A stretch of DNA of 64,000 bases from Malacoraja senta (lineage: Eukaryota), in the NCBI GenBank assembly GCA_038087875.1, contig CM075992.1, positions 1,056,001-1,120,000 of the forward strand. Reading direction: 5' to 3'. Below are positions 26,146 through 40,613 of this stretch, in pieces. Each line of letters begins with the position of its first letter. The stretch's first letter is position 1. The notes beneath the pieces were generated by a model that worked only from the letters and a program-made list of their open reading frames with translations, had not been told where the DNA came from and did not search any database. The position numbers and the translations under genes were made by a program.

Positions 26146-27608
26146 TGCCCCTGTCCCACTTAGGCTATTTTTTAGGCGACTAGGCTGTCGCCACATGGTC
26201 GCCAAAGTGTCGCCTGTATGGTCTCCTCAGTCGCCCAAAGAGTCGTACCTTTTTTCTGGTCACCGCTGGATTCTGAAATGTTCAAAACTTTTCGGCGACA
26301 GTCGCCCCCCGTGGCCTTGACGCCAACGTAGATGCTGTGGTAGGTTATCGCCAGGATGATGTAGGTTGTCGCTGGTGCTGACTTCGGTGAATTCCATTGG
26401 TGACTACCGACGACTGAATCGTATTACCTTGTTGTAGGTTGTCGCTGGTGGACGCAGGTTGACGTAGGTGTGGTCGTAGGTGGACGCCGGTTGTTGGTAG
26501 CTTGACGTCGACTAGGTTAGAGATTAGAGATTAGAGATTCCTTTATTTGTCATTCAGACCTTTCGGTCTGAACGAAATTTCGTTGCCTGCAGTCATACAT
26601 ATAATAATAAATGACAAAACACACAATAAACACAAATTAACATCCGCCACAGTGAGTTCACCAGGCACCTCCTCACTGTGATGGAGGCAAAAGTCTTAAA
26701 GTCTCTGTCTCTTCCCTCTTTGTTCGCCCTCTGCACTGAGGCGATCCAGGCTTCTGATGCTGTGACCCCGCTGGGCGACGGTAAGCCAGTCCCGCGGCCG
26801 AATCCGTGCTCCGCGACGGGCCGGCTCAAACTCCGCGGCCCAGGGTGGTCGAAGCTGCCGAAGCTGCCGCCCTCCAGTCCAGTGGACGCAGCTGTAGTTG
26901 CGGGAGCCCCAGAAAAACAGGTCACCAACCTGTGACCTGCGCGCTCCCGACGATGTCGTCCACCGGGCCCGCGGCCGAGCCTCCGGATTCAGGTCACCAC
27001 CAGTGTCCTCGGTCGCCACCGCCGGAATGCCACCGCAGCCCCGAAGTTGGCCAGCCTCGCGCTCCCGAAGATGTCGTCCACTGGGCCAGCTGCGGCCGAG
27101 CCTCCGGATTCAGGTCGCCACCAGTGTCCACGGTCGCCACCGCCGGAACGCCACCGCAGCCCCGAAGTTGGCCAGCCTCGCACTGGTAAGTCCTGGCTCT
27201 GCCTCCGGAGCCTCGAGGTCGGTCGGTCGCAGTTGGAGTTGGAGGCCGGCAGCTCCGCCATTTTGGCCTCAGCGCAGACGGAGGCAGAGAAGGGGGACAC
27301 GACAAGAAAAAGTCGCATTCCCCCGAAGGAAGAGACAAAAATCATGTTTCACCCCCCCACCCCACACATACACAACCCAATAAACTAAAATTTAACTAAA
27401 ACAGGACAAAAGAAAACAACAAAAAAAGTAAAAACAGACGGACTGCAGGCGAGCCGCAGCTGTACGACAGCGCCGCCACTTAGGTGGTAGGTTGTTGTAG
27501 ATAATTTGTCGTAGGGGGGGTCCAGTCGCCGTTTTTTCGGCGACCTGCCACGACTATGACAGTCGCCGGCAGTTGGCGAAAAAAATCGCCAAAGTGGGAC
27601 AGTTCCCA
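26146..27608. mobile_element. Diverged Harbinger-type MITE carrying a nested roughly 960-bp insert
   Basis: Ends CCTGTCCCACTTAGGC and GCCAAAGTGGGACAG; internal similarity to the 9.9-kb and 42.9-kb copies. Confidence 0.7.
26518..27480 (-). mobile_element. GC-rich non-autonomous retroelement with a LINE-type stem-loop tail and an internal roughly 120-bp tandem duplication
   Basis: Minus-strand 3' end has two hairpins, AATAAA and (TAATCTC)n. TAGGT is repeated at both borders. Duplicated unit at about 26940-27060 and 27060-27182. Confidence 0.65.
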
Positions 27609-28903
27609 TTAGAATGTCTAGATTGGGTGGAGAAAGAGAAACAACTTGCTCCAGTGAGATGACAAAGAATAAGAGTTTGAAACGAACATGAAAAAAGGCA
27701 CAACGTGCTGGAGTAACATCAGCGAGTCAGACAGAATTCCTGGAGAACATGAACCATAATACTGAAGACACAAGGAACTGCAGACTTGAGCAAAACACAA
27801 AGCGCTGGAGTACATCAGGGGGCCAGGCAGCATCTGTGGAGGGAATAGACAGGCGACATCTCAGGTTGGGACACTTCTTCAGACTGGAGGTGGAGGTAGG
27901 TTGTTCTGAAGGATTTCGGCAATCCTTTTGCACACAAAATGTACATTAAAAATGCTGGTGAGAGTGGAATAATTAGAGCATTCAAGACTAAGACTGATAG
28001 ATTTTTGACCGCTATCAAGCGACACATGGAAACAAAATAGAAATGCAGATAAATAACAGTCCAGCAGACTGACAGAACAGAATGAGGGGCTGAAGATAGT
28101 CACAAAGCGCTGGAGTAAGTCAGGGGGACAGGCAGCATCTTGGGAGAGAAGGAATGGGTGACGTTTCGGGTCGAGACCCTTCTTCATACCGAGGGGCTGA
28201 ATGGCTTATGCCTGTCCGACATTTCTATAAACCAAACACTGTTGATGTGTTATTAAATGTTGGAACATTCTCCAGCGTGAGTGACAGTCTCTGTTTCTGA
28301 AGGTGTTTAGTTTTAACGTGGATCAGATCCAGTGGGTCAAGAGCTTGTTTGAAGTTCCCTCAGCATCTGCTTCAGTGACATTGCTTCCCTTCCCTTCAGG
28401 TTTGGCCAGCGTTACGTAACAAGGATGGCCTTGCTCTTGTTGTTTCTGATTGTTTGTCTCTTTTCTAATTTGTGCTGATTTATGTAAAAACAAAAGGGCA
28501 CACAGCAAATCTTTTGGTATTATTATGGAAAGTGCTGCTATCCTGCCATGAATAATGAACTTATAAACATGCTCTCGAGATGTCAGCCATAACTCAGTGT
28601 GTAACACTTGCGGCTTGAAGTCAGAAGGTCATGGGTTGTAGTCTCTCTCCAGAGGTTTAAGAACAAAATCTGAGCTGACATTTCAGTGCAGCATTGTAAG
28701 AGTGCAGAATCTGAGATGAGTTGTTAAACCACAGCGCTGGCTGCTCTCATTGTACCAGATCCAATGCTTATTTAAAGAGGAGGGGAGGTATCCCTCGTGC
28801 CTAGGCTAGTATATAATTCTCTATCAATGTCAAAACCAAAGATAGACACAAAATGCTGGAGTAACTCAGCGGGACAGGCAGCTTCTCTGGAGAGAAGGAA
28901 TGG

Positions 28904-28935
28904 GTGACGTTTCGGGTCGAGACCCTTCTTCAGAC
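28904..28935 (-). ncRNA. Minimal hammerhead motif (minus strand)
   Basis: GACGTTTCGGGTCGAGACCCTTCTTCAG is the exact reverse complement of the motif. Confidence 0.7.
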
Positions 28936-31089
28936 TGATTAAGTTGTCTCTTCATTTTTATATGGCAATTTGGGGAGCTTGTATTGTGTAAGTATAGCAT
29001 TGGAATGTGTAGGAAGGAACTGCAGATGCTGGTTTACACTGATGATAGACACAAAAAGCTGGAGTAACTCAGCGGGGCAGGCAGCTTCTCTGGAGAGAAG
29101 GAATGGGTGATGTTTTGGGTCGAGACCCTTGCATTTTTGAGAGTCTGAAGAAGGGTCTCGACCCGAAACGCCACCCATTCCTTCGCTCCAGAGATGCTGC
29201 CTGAGTTACTCCAGCATTCGGTGCCTATCTATAGCATTAGAATGTATAGCATTTATGTTACTAGGCCAGCAATAGAGAAGGCTGAACCAGTGACAACACT
29301 ACAAATCACTCTCTGTGGCCTTGTTGAATTTAGGTGTTGGTAGGATTATGTTTATTATTGTCACGTGTACCAAGGTACAGCAAAACGCTTTGTGATGCAT
29401 TCTATCTAATCTGATTAGATAAGTTCTCCCCCTTCCCCACTTGTACAACGGATGCACAATTCACAACCTTTCTATCCCTCAGCAAGTCTTATCTTCTTGG
29501 GCTCACACTGGTCTCTCTGGCCTCTGTCCAACAATCTGCCTATCAAATAACCCCCTCGCCTGTGCCAACCTATCACTGCCCATGCCCTGTCTTGCCCCTT
29601 CTCTGTCCCAGCTTTCAACCCCACCCCCCCCCCCCCCACACACACACACACACACACACACAATCAGTCTGAAGAAGGGTTCCAACCCAAGACATTGCCT
29701 ATCCCTGTTCTCCAGAGATGCTGGCTGCCTCACCACTGAGTTACTCCAGCATATTGTGTCTATGATCCTCTTTTGGTGGTCTTCACATGATCCCAGTACT
29801 CAGGCTGGCTGTTATTTCTGACAATTTTATAAGCCTCTTCCTTTGATTTAATACTCAATTTCCCCAGTAACGGACAGACCACATTTCTTTGGGGGGTTTT
29901 GTGCCTTAAGGGATTTTTTTGCAAGTTATTTATTATTCTTTTACATCCTTGGCAGAATCTATCTATTGCCTTGCCATTTACCAAAATGTTCCAATCAGCC
30001 AGCTTACACCTCTATTGTTTTCATTGTCTAGTTTTAAGACCAAAGATTCATGTTATATTCACTGCACTTTCAAACCTAACATCAAATTGTATCATATTAT
30101 GATCACTCTTCCACGAAGACCCCTTTACAGCAAGAGTATTAATTAAACCTTGCTCAAGTAAGTAAGTAAGTTTATTGGCCAAGTATTCACATACAAGGAA
30201 TTTGCCCTGGTGCTCTGCCCACAAGTAACAACATGACATACAATGACAGTTACGAGTGACTCAGAAAACACTAAACATTAATAATAATAAAACATTAATG
30301 ATAAAACACCATTGATCAAGCATGTGAACCAACAAAATACCAGCTCAAATAGTCTTTTGTAATTTGTTGAGAAAATGCAACCTCTGGAAGTCAGTAATAA
30401 AACTTCCGTATGCCTCAGTATTCACGAAGGAAACAGGCTTTGTAGTGGCGGAGTTTAGAGAAGGTAGAGGTGCAATTCTAGTGGAGATCACAGGTGCATC
30501 ACAGCTTGGCATGGCAACTTCTCTGCCCATGGCTGCGGGAAATTGCAGAGAGCTGTGAACACAGCCTAGTCCATCGCACAAACCAGCCTCCCCCTCATCG
30601 ACTCCAGCCACACTTCACGCTGCCTTGGGGAAGCAGCCAACATAATCCAGGACCACCCACTATCTTCTCCTCATCCTCTCCAGCTGTGCCAAAGATACAA
30701 AAGCTTGAACACACGTACCACCAGCTTCAAGAACAGCTACTTCCCCCCTCTTATCAGATGCTTGATCAGACCTCTCATATGCTAAACATGTATTTCCAAT
30801 CTTCCAATCTACCATGTTGTGGCCATTGCACTTTTTTTTTACCCGCACTTTCTCTGCAGCTGTAACACTGTATTCTGCAACACAATTCTGCTTATTTTCT
30901 CTTTTGCACCGGGAAACACAGAGATGAGAGCTTTTCACTGAATCACAGTTCACGTCACAATGTAAACATCTATAGCAAATACCTTTGAGGAACATTGCTC
31001 CTCCGCTGACAATTGCAGCTATGCCTGAGGCCCAACAGACAAACAGAGGTGTAGCAGGTAGAACCACTCACTGCCTTGAAGCATCAGAG

Positions 31090-31520
31090 TCAATCAAATC
31101 AATCAATCAATCAATCACAACTTTATTGTCATTCAGAAATACATCAATAAATGCAATTCTGAACGAAATTTCGTTGCATCTGGCTCCCCGTGCAACACAA
31201 AATAACAGATGGATAAAATGGATTAAAAGATAAAATGGATAAAATAGATAATGGTGGCGGCACATTACACGGCATTCAAGATTCTGATTGCTCGGGGGAA
31301 GAAGCTGTTGCAAAACCTGGCCGTTCTGCTCCTTTTGCCCGAGGGCAGCAGAGTGAACAGTCCACGATGGAGATGTGTGGGGTCCTTTATAATACTGCTG
31401 GCCTTGGACAAGCAACGTCCCCGATTGAGGGAAGAGAAGTCCCGATGATTTTTTTCAGCCGTCCTCATCACTCTCTGCACGGACTTCCAGTCGGAGGCTT
31501 TACAGTCCCCAAACCAGACA
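31090..31520 (-). mobile_element. Rex1/L2-like LINE 3' end
   Basis: QRVMRTAEK...IIKDPTH...LLPSG...NSFFPRAIRILN; stem-loop tail and (TGAT)n. Confidence 0.7.
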
Positions 31521-34500
31521 GAGATTTCAGTCCTGGGTTGAATGCTGACCACAGGTGCTGCTGTCTGTGTGTGGTTTGGCCCTGTGGTTTCCCCCAGGCA
31601 CTCTGGTTTCCTTACATCGCCCAAGGACATACAGGTAGGTGGGTGAATTAACTGAAGTAATGTGCCTCAAGTGTGGGTGAGTGGTAGATTCGGGAGAGAG
31701 TTTAGTTTAGTTTAGTTGTAGCTTAGCGATACAGCAAGGAAACAGGCTCTTCGGCCTACTGAGTCCACTCTGACTATTGGAGTTTACAGCCAGTGGTATG
31801 AATATTGATTTCTCTAACTTCAAGTAATCCCGGCATTCCCTCTCTCTGTTTGGACAAGCTAGAGGCAGGAAACATGTTCCCGATGTTGGGGGAGTCCAGA
31901 ACCAGGGGCCACACAGTTTAAGAATAAGGAGTAAGCCATTTAGAACGGAGACGAGGAAACACTTTTTCCTCACAGAGAGTGGTGAGTCTGTGGAATTCTC
32001 TGCCTCAGAGGGCGGTGGAGGCAGGTTCTCTGGATGCTTTCAAGAGAGAGCTAGATAGGGCTCTTAAAAATAGCGGAGTCAAGGGATATGGGGAGAAGGC
32101 AGGAACAGGGTACTGATTGGGGATGATCAGCCATGATCACATTGAAGGGCCAAATGGCCTACTCCTGCACCTATTGTCTATTGTCTCTGTGTACTATGTT
32201 TACATATTCTGTTGTGTTACAGCAAATAAGAATTTAAATGTTCTATCTGGGACATATGTCAATAAAACACTCTTGACTCATGAACCTGGGTCTCTGGTGC
32301 TGTGAGGCAGCAGCTCTACCACTGCGCCACCTTGCCGTTACTCCTGTTTCTAAGTCCCTCACTGAAGGAAGGCTGCACTGTTGAGGGACCTGTTTTTGTT
32401 GAGTCTCGCCCTGTGCTGCATTCAATAAACAGCTTTAGTTTTGTGAGGAGGTAAAGTGGAGAATAAGGTTATAATGGTTTGCCTTGCATGCTTTAATATA
32501 GACAAGGTTGTCTCAGACTCTCGACCTTTGTGACAGATACCTCCCCGTGTTTGTAACTTTGATAAGAACGTCAGGGGAAAAATAATGTTCTGTGCCTCCA
32601 CGCAATGACATTACTCATTGGGAGAAATGTGACATTTTCAATAGTGAAGCAGACCTTATAATAGCAGACCTAGGAATGCAGTAATTGGGCTTGTAACTGT
32701 GTCACAGTGGGGTGGCCCAGTGGAAGTGCAGAAAGGGGCTGGCCAATTTACTATCTGCCATCTATCAACAGGAACAGCACCATCATCATTAAGAACACCA
32801 CTGGAATTTTAATTTGTTAATAGCACCCGTTGCCCAGACTGAATAGTCAACATTATTCAGAAGGGCTTGCTTCACAGTGGTCTAAACATGGGGATTGTGA
32901 CTATTTCAGTAGCAAGGATATTCGATAAGTCAATATTTGTTACATCCTCTGACACCATCAACTGGAACAGTAGGACAAGAGCAACACTTCAAAAGAAGGC
33001 AAAGTCCCCGACCAGGTCTATAGAACAGGCAAAGCATAAGAAATCTATCTGGTGCCTTAAACTAGCGTCAAACAGGAGCCATTTTACTGTAGTGCTGGTT
33101 TAAACTTAAGGTAGACACAAATTGTTGGAGTAACTCAGCAGGACAGGCAGCATCTCTGGAGAGAAGGAATGGGTGATGTTTCTCCATCCTGAAGAAGGGT
33201 CTCGACCCGAAACATCACCCGTTCCTTCTCTCCAGAGATGCTGCCTGACCCGCTGAGTTACTCCAGCCATTTCAGTGTAGTTTAGTTTAGTTTAGAGATA
33301 CAGCTTGGAAACAGGCCCTTCAGCCCACCTAGTCCATGCTGTCCAACGATCGCCCGTACACTAGTGCTATGTTATCCCACATTCGCATTCTACACACTAA
33401 GGGAAATTTCACGCAGACACAGTCACACTTGTTTTTATGTTATCCCACCTACTCATCCACTACCTACACACCAGAGTCCAATTAACCCAATAACCTGTAC
33501 GTCTTTGGAGTGTGGGACGAAACCAGAGCACCTGGAGAAAACCCCGCGGTCACAGGGAGAACGTACAAACTCCGTACAGACAGCACCCATAGTCAGGATC
33601 GAACCCAGGTCCCATATTCCAAGGACCTGCAGGTTTGTAGGTTAATTGGCTTCGATAAATTGTCCCTAGGATGTAGGATAGAAGTACCATATCTCTATGT
33701 CCGCCTCTCCCCCAACTCTCAGTGTGAGGAAGGGTCTCACCCAAAACATCACCCATTCCTTCCCTCCAGAGATGCTGCCTGTCCTGCTGAGTTACTCCAG
33801 CATTCTGTCTCCATCTTTAGTGTAAGGATGATCGCTGGTTGGCATGGACTCGGTGGGCTGAAGGGCCTGTTTCCATACTGTATCTCTGAAACTAAGACTA
33901 AATCATTCCCCCTTCGCAAGTGCCAGCCTGTATATTTTGATGACAGATTGTTAATGTGCCTTGGTATATTGACACGCAACAAGTGCAGATATGCTGGAAA
34001 GGAGGACAAAAACCTCGGAGGTTTCTGCATGCAGGGAGGAAGTTCAGCAGTAACAAGGTTGACACCTCGGAAGGAATTGAAAGAGATGAACGAGGATTTT
34101 AAAGGACTGTTTTATTGAGAAATAGATGGGATCTGGTAAATGGGGCTTAATAATAATCTAGTCAGCGCAATTGCAGCTCACGCCAGACGCTGCTTGTCTG
34201 AGCAGAAATGGGAAAACAACATAGAGAAAGGTGATAGGAGTTATGATTCTCTCGGTTACACGGTCCAGGTGATGTCTGCAATGCTCCATTACTGCCAGCG
34301 CACAATGCCTTGTGATCTGCGAGACATGTTCAGCCATCAAGGAGGCGTGATTTGCATTCCCTGCAAGCACTGAAATGTCTCTCAGCGCCCTGAGAATGAG
34401 TTTGAATCCTGAATTTTTCCAGTCCAATCTGCCAGGGTAATGAAAACGGTGGAAGCAAATTACATAGGTCCCAGCGCAAAGAGCAGAAGCCAACTGCAAA

Positions 34501-36316
34501 CCAGTTCACCACACACACACACACACAGACGTGGCACTAGGAGTATAGGGACTTAAGCGCATTGCTAATGAGTAACTTAATTCCGTTTAACTTGCTTTAT
34601 CTGTACCTGAGTCCACACCGTCCATCGATCACCCAGTAAATCTGGACACGCTAGAGGCAGGAAACATGTTCCCGATGTTGGGGAGTTCAGAACCAGGGGC
34701 CGCACAGTTTAAGAATAAGGAGTAAGCCATTTGGAACGGAGACGAGGAAACACTTTTTCTCACAGAGAGTGGTGAGTCTGTGGAATTCTCTGCCTCAGAG
34801 GGCGGGTGGAGGCCGGTTCTCTGGATGCTTTCAAGAGAGAGCTAGATAGGGCTCTTAAAGATAGCGGAGTCAGGGGATATGGGGGAAGGCAGGAACGGGG
34901 TACTGATTGGGATGATCAGCCATGATCACATTGAATGGCGGTGCTGGCTCGAAGGGCCGAAAGGCCTACTATTGTCTATAAATCAGGCATCCTAACCATC
35001 CTACCAACAACTAGAGAGCAGTCCTAGGCTACATCTATCTTATCGGAGACCCTCGGACTATCTTTGATGGGACTTTACTGGTTTTGTATCTTGCATTAAA
35101 CATTATTCACATTATTTGCTTTATCATGTATCTATACATTGTAATCATGTATTGTCTTTCTGCTGACTGGTTAGCATGCAACAAAAGCTTTTCACTGTAC
35201 CTCAGTACACGTGACAATAAACTAAACTAACTAACTAATACTGGTTCCATGTTATCTCAATTTCTCATCCACTCCTCACACGCCTGGGGCAATTTACAAT
35301 TAACCTACTGACCCGCACGTCTATGGGATGTGGGGGGGGAAACCCGCGTGGTCACAGGGAGAACGTGCAAACTCCTCACAGACAGCACCCGAGGTCAGGA
35401 TTGAACCGGGGTCTCTGGTGCTGTGAGGCAGCAGCAGATCTACCAGCTGCTCCACTATGCCACTGTCAATCTCTACTTGAATTTTGTTCCCCAGTTGATG
35501 CCTGCCAGCTTTTTCCTTTCCAGAGTGTGGGATGAGATCCAAATATTGACAATTCTTTCCTTGGACTGTTTCCTGCTCTCACCTCTGACGAGCAGGATCC
35601 AATTTTAAGGTTATTATTGTATCCCTCTATGCACCCTGGCACCATCATAAAATACTGTGAATTCAATTACTTCTGAAGGAACACCTCCTCTCACAGGGAA
35701 GCAGAATTGAATTATTTTTTCAATTACCACAGCTTGCATACATGTGGCACTTCTAACACAATAAAAATTCAGGGCACCGTGGCTGCTTATGATGTCCAAG
35801 CTCTGACCACAATGTAAGGCAGTGTTTGACCCCACCAAACGCATGCTCCAAGAGAATTATCATCAAAGTCGTGCTGTTATGTTGGAGCCGTTCCAAATAT
35901 GCTCAGTCAGAATACAGACCTCTACACAGTACATCCACAATCATCCTCGACCATTACCAATAATGCTGCTCAGCACTTTTCATAAGGTCATGTGACAGGA
36001 GCAGAATTAGGCCATTCGGCCCATCAAGTCTACTCCGTCATTCAATCTATTTCTTCTGCTCAACCCCATTCTCCTGCCTTTAGTTACAGTGCGGAAACAG
36101 GCCCTTCAGCCCACCGGGTCCACGCCAACCTGCCTTCTCCCCATAACGCCTGGCGCTCTCATTAATCAAGAATCTATCTATCTCTGCTTTAAAAATATCC
36201 ATTGACTTGGCCTCCACAGCCTTCTGTTACTCCAGCACTTTCTGTCTGTCTTTGGTATAAACCAGCATCTGCAGTGCTTTGTTTCTACGTTTCGACTGCC
36301 ACGAAGACTCTTTATA

Positions 36317-37080
36317 GATACATAGATACATAGAAAATAGGTGCAGGAGTAGGCCATTCGGCCCTTCGAGCCTGCACCGCCATTCAATATGATCATGGCT
36401 GATCATCCAACTCAGTATCCCGTACCTGCCTTCTCTCCATACCCCCTGATCCCCTTAGCCACAAGGGCCACATCTAACTCCCTCTTAAATATAGCCAATG
36501 AACTGGCCTCAACTACCCTCTGTGGCAGAGAGTTCCAGAGATTCACCACTCTCTGTGTGAAAAAGTTTTTCCTCATCTCGGTCTTAAAGGATTTCCCCCC
36601 TTATCCTTAAGCTGTGATCCCTTGTCCTGGACTTCCCCAACATCGGGAACAATCTTCCTGCATCTAGCCTGTCCAACCCCATAAGAATTTTGTACGTTTC
36701 TATAAGATCCCCTCTCAACCTCCTAAATTCTAGCGAGTATAAGCCGAGTCTATCCAGTCTTTCTTCATATGAAAGTCCTGACATCCCAGGAATCAGTCTG
36801 GTGAACCTTCTCTGCACTCCCTCTATGGCTATAATGTCCTTCCTCAGATTTGGAGACCAAAACTGTACGCAATACTCCAGGTGTGGTCTCACCAAGACCC
36901 TGTACAACTGCAGTAGAACCTCCCTGCTCCTATACTCAAAATCCTTTTTGCTATGAAAGCTGACATACCATTCGCTTTCTTCACTGCCTGCTGCACCTGC
37001 ATGCCTACTTTCAATGACTGGTGTACCATGACCCAGGTCTCGCTGCATCTCCCCATTTCCTAATCGGCCACCATTTAGAT
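36317..37080 (-). mobile_element. CR1 LINE 3' fragment
   Basis: LVRPHLEYCVQFWSP, LGLYSLEFRRLRGDLIE; (TAGAAACA)n-type tail. Confidence 0.9.
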
Positions 37081-38407
37081 CTTTATAAAGGGTCAAATTA
37101 TAAAGTCTGAGGTCAGGAGTCTGAAGAAGGTTTCCCGACCTGAGATGTCACCTGTCCATTCCCTCCACAGATGTTGCCTGACCCACTGAGTTCCTCCAGC
37201 ACTCGGTGTTTAGGCTCATTATTGTCAATGAGATCCCAGCATCTGCAGTTTCCTTGTGTCTGGCATGCACCTGTTGGGCTGAATAACCTGCTTGTGCTTT
37301 TTGTGTATTATTTGGCATGGATGAAGGCTGCCTAATTCAACATTCCTTCCAACCAAATTCTGCTTCCAACCATTCCAGAGGGCTGGTCTGTGGCCAGGAA
37401 CTCTTCATTGAAGAGCCTGATGTAAGGAGCATCTTTCCCTTCACTCTGTCTAATGGAGTTGAGTTTGGCTCGATTGTATGTAAGTATGTACAGCATTATC
37501 AAATATAATTGGTTAACATGCAAAACAAATCTTTTCACTGGACCTCGGTACACACAACAATAATGAGCCTAAACCTCATCCAATGTAAGATCGTAAGACA
37601 GTCGTAATGTAGACCTGCAGATGCTTGTTTACAAATAGGACACAAAGCGCTGGCATAACTCAGTGGGTCAGGCAGCATCTCTGGAGAACATGAGAATGTG
37701 TCCCCACCCTAAACGTCACCTATTCATGTTGTCAGACCCGCTCAGTTGTTCCAGCGCTTTGTGCCTTTTCTTTAACATTGTAAGACTGGGCAGTAACGCC
37801 ACGGGGATGACAGAGGGCTGACTGATCTGCCCTGGTTGCTGACTTCCTCTCGCTGCCAGAGCACCAGGTGGTTCTGAGGTGAACCTAATAAGTTCCTTAA
37901 ATTGTGTGTCTTCTCTCGCCGAGTCCTTGTGGACGAGGTAACAGCGACTCATCTGTCAAGTGTTCTTTTCAAAGCGTGTTTGGCGAGGATGCAGTTAGCT
38001 GCTCCTCTCAGCGCTGTCTCGGATCTGTTTCGAAGATGCATTGCATTTCTTTCCTTATTGGTCCAAGAATAAAAGCCGAAAGCAAAATCACTTGAAGCAG
38101 CAGGCAAACTATCTCCCCAAAGACCTCCAGTTGACTGGCGAGTAGCACTCTACCTTTTCATATTATCAGGCACTCTTAGGATGCACTCAGCATCAACCAG
38201 CTGCGAGCGAGCTCCTTGCTAATTCTTCACAGGCTAATTGGGATTATTGACAAAAGTGTCTGCAAATGGGTCCAGCGATGGAGGCTGGGTCTGTCAGCCT
38301 CTGATAACACACTGTCGTGCCTGCTGCTGAGAGTCAACTAGCTGGGAGTGCGGGGGAGGTGATGGATGGGATCAATGGAGGGATGCAGAGTTACTTCACT
38401 CACCCTC

Positions 38408-38443
<36 letters not shown>

Positions 38444-38685
38444 TGCACACACACACATATACACACACACACACATATACGCACACATTCACACGCACAC
38501 ACACGCGCACACACACACATATACACACACACACACATATACGCACACATTCACGCGCACACACACGCGCACACACACACACACACACACACATACACAC
38601 ACACACACACACACATTCACACATTCACACACACACGCATATACACACACTCACATGCATGCACATGCACACACACACATTCACG

Positions 38686-38750
<65 letters not shown>

Positions 38751-39074
38751 ATACATACACACGCACACACATACACTCACTCACAAACACACACACACAC
38801 ATTCACACACACACGTGCACATGCATGCACATGCACACACACACAAGCACACACACAGACATACACACACTCACACACATGCACGCACACACACGTGCAC
38901 ACACACACACATATACACACACACACATACATACACACACACTCACGCACACACGCAGACACACACGGGTGCACACACACACATATACACACAAACACGC
39001 ACACACATGCACTCACACACAAACACACACACAGACATACACACACACACACACACATGCACGCACACACACGT

Positions 39075-39123
<49 letters not shown>

Positions 39124-39257
39124 AACATGCACACACATGCACTCACACACACACACACACACAGACATACACACACACACTCACACACACACACACACAC
39201 ACACGCACATACATACATACACACACTCACGCACACACGCACACACACAGACACACA
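38408..39257. repeat. Imperfect (CA)n microsatellite, about 850 bp
   Basis: Directly visible; it generates the spurious His/Thr and Cys/Val ORFs. Confidence 0.97.
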
Positions 39258-40067
39258 GTAGCGAGGGAAACCTCTCTCTGTACACACCGTGCCCACAGGA
39301 CTGAATCAGCATCGCTGGAAGCGAGAGCCAGCAATGACCCTGTCGTGTTGTGCGATTGCTCAAACAGCACCATCGCTCCCCAGTATCAACACATTCTAAG
39401 TTGCCAGGCAGGAACCGCTGGAAACGGTTCACAATGTCTTGTTAAAATGAACCCATGTCCTGGTTGGAATGTGAAGGAAAGAAACTGCAGGTGCTGGTTT
39501 ATACCAAAGATAGACAATCTTCATTGACAAGAATGATCATAAAACGCAGAGTGCTGGAAGAACTCAGTGGGTCAGGCAGCTTCTGTGGAGGGAATGGACA
39601 GCTGACATCTCAGGTCGGGAAAGAAGGGTCTTGATCCGAAATGTCACCCATTCCTTCTCTCCATAGATGCTGCCTGTCCCGCTGAGTTACTCCAGCTTTT
39701 TGTGTCTATCTTCTATTTAAAAAGTTTATACATGTGGATTTATTATATCCATATCCTCTGGACATTATGTGGTGGAGGCTGGTCTAAAGAAGACTAACAC
39801 TCTTATCCTCTTAGTCCTGCTCCGAGATCCATTACTCTTTATGCCCTCGAGGCCAATGGTTTCTGCTCCACTAAGACTGATGTCCTTTGGACTTTCATGA
39901 AGTCAAGGGAAATAGCGGTTGTGGATTTACCGTATGGGATTAGTTATGATCTTCTTGACTGAATGACGGAGCAGCCTTGAAGTCTAATCCATCCCTGCTT
40001 CCGCAGAGAGATCTTACATTAACCTCATACCTACTACAGCCTCCAAACATCCAAAGTTCTCAGCAGG

Positions 40068-40487
40068 AAATACGATACGATACCATAGAACTTTATTTAT
40101 CCCAGGAGGGAAATTGATCTGCCAACAGTCATAAAAACACAAGATACATGAAATTAAAGTGACGAGTGGAAAGGATTGGGGATGTGCAAAGATTGGGGGA
40201 GGGGAGGGGAGTCAGTCTACCCCACGACAGAAGGGGGAGGAGTTGTACAGTTTGATAGCCACAGGGAAGAAGGATCTCCTGTGGCGTTCTGTGCTGCATC
40301 TTGGTGGGACCAGTCTGTTGCTGAAGGTGCTCCTCAGGTTGACCAGTGCGTGATGGAGGGGGTGATCTGTATTGTCCAGGATGCTCCGCAGTTTGAGGAG
40401 CATCCTCCCCTCCAAGACCAACCTCCCGTGAATCCAACTCCGCCACCAGGAGGGAGCCAGCCTTCCTGGTGAGCTTATTCATCCTGC
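40068..40487 (-). mobile_element. Rex1/L2-like LINE 3' end
   Basis: NKLTRKAGS...ILDNTDHPLH...TERHRRSFFPVAIKLYN. Confidence 0.75.
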
Positions 40488-40613
40488 TGTGTGCTATATA
40501 TCTCTGGTGATTCCATGAAGATATCCCATTTAAACTGAATATCCCACAAAACTGGGTGCAGCACATGAGAAATAGATTGTTTAACTGCAGATGCTGGAAA
40601 AATCGAAGGTAGA

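Noticed and set aside
26593..27388. Overlapping ORFs on both strands
   Set aside because: Arise from a GC-rich duplicated repeat interior; no protein motifs.
38317..39527. Long His/Thr-rich and Cys/Val-rich ORFs (up to 314 aa)
   Set aside because: Translations of a (CA)n microsatellite.
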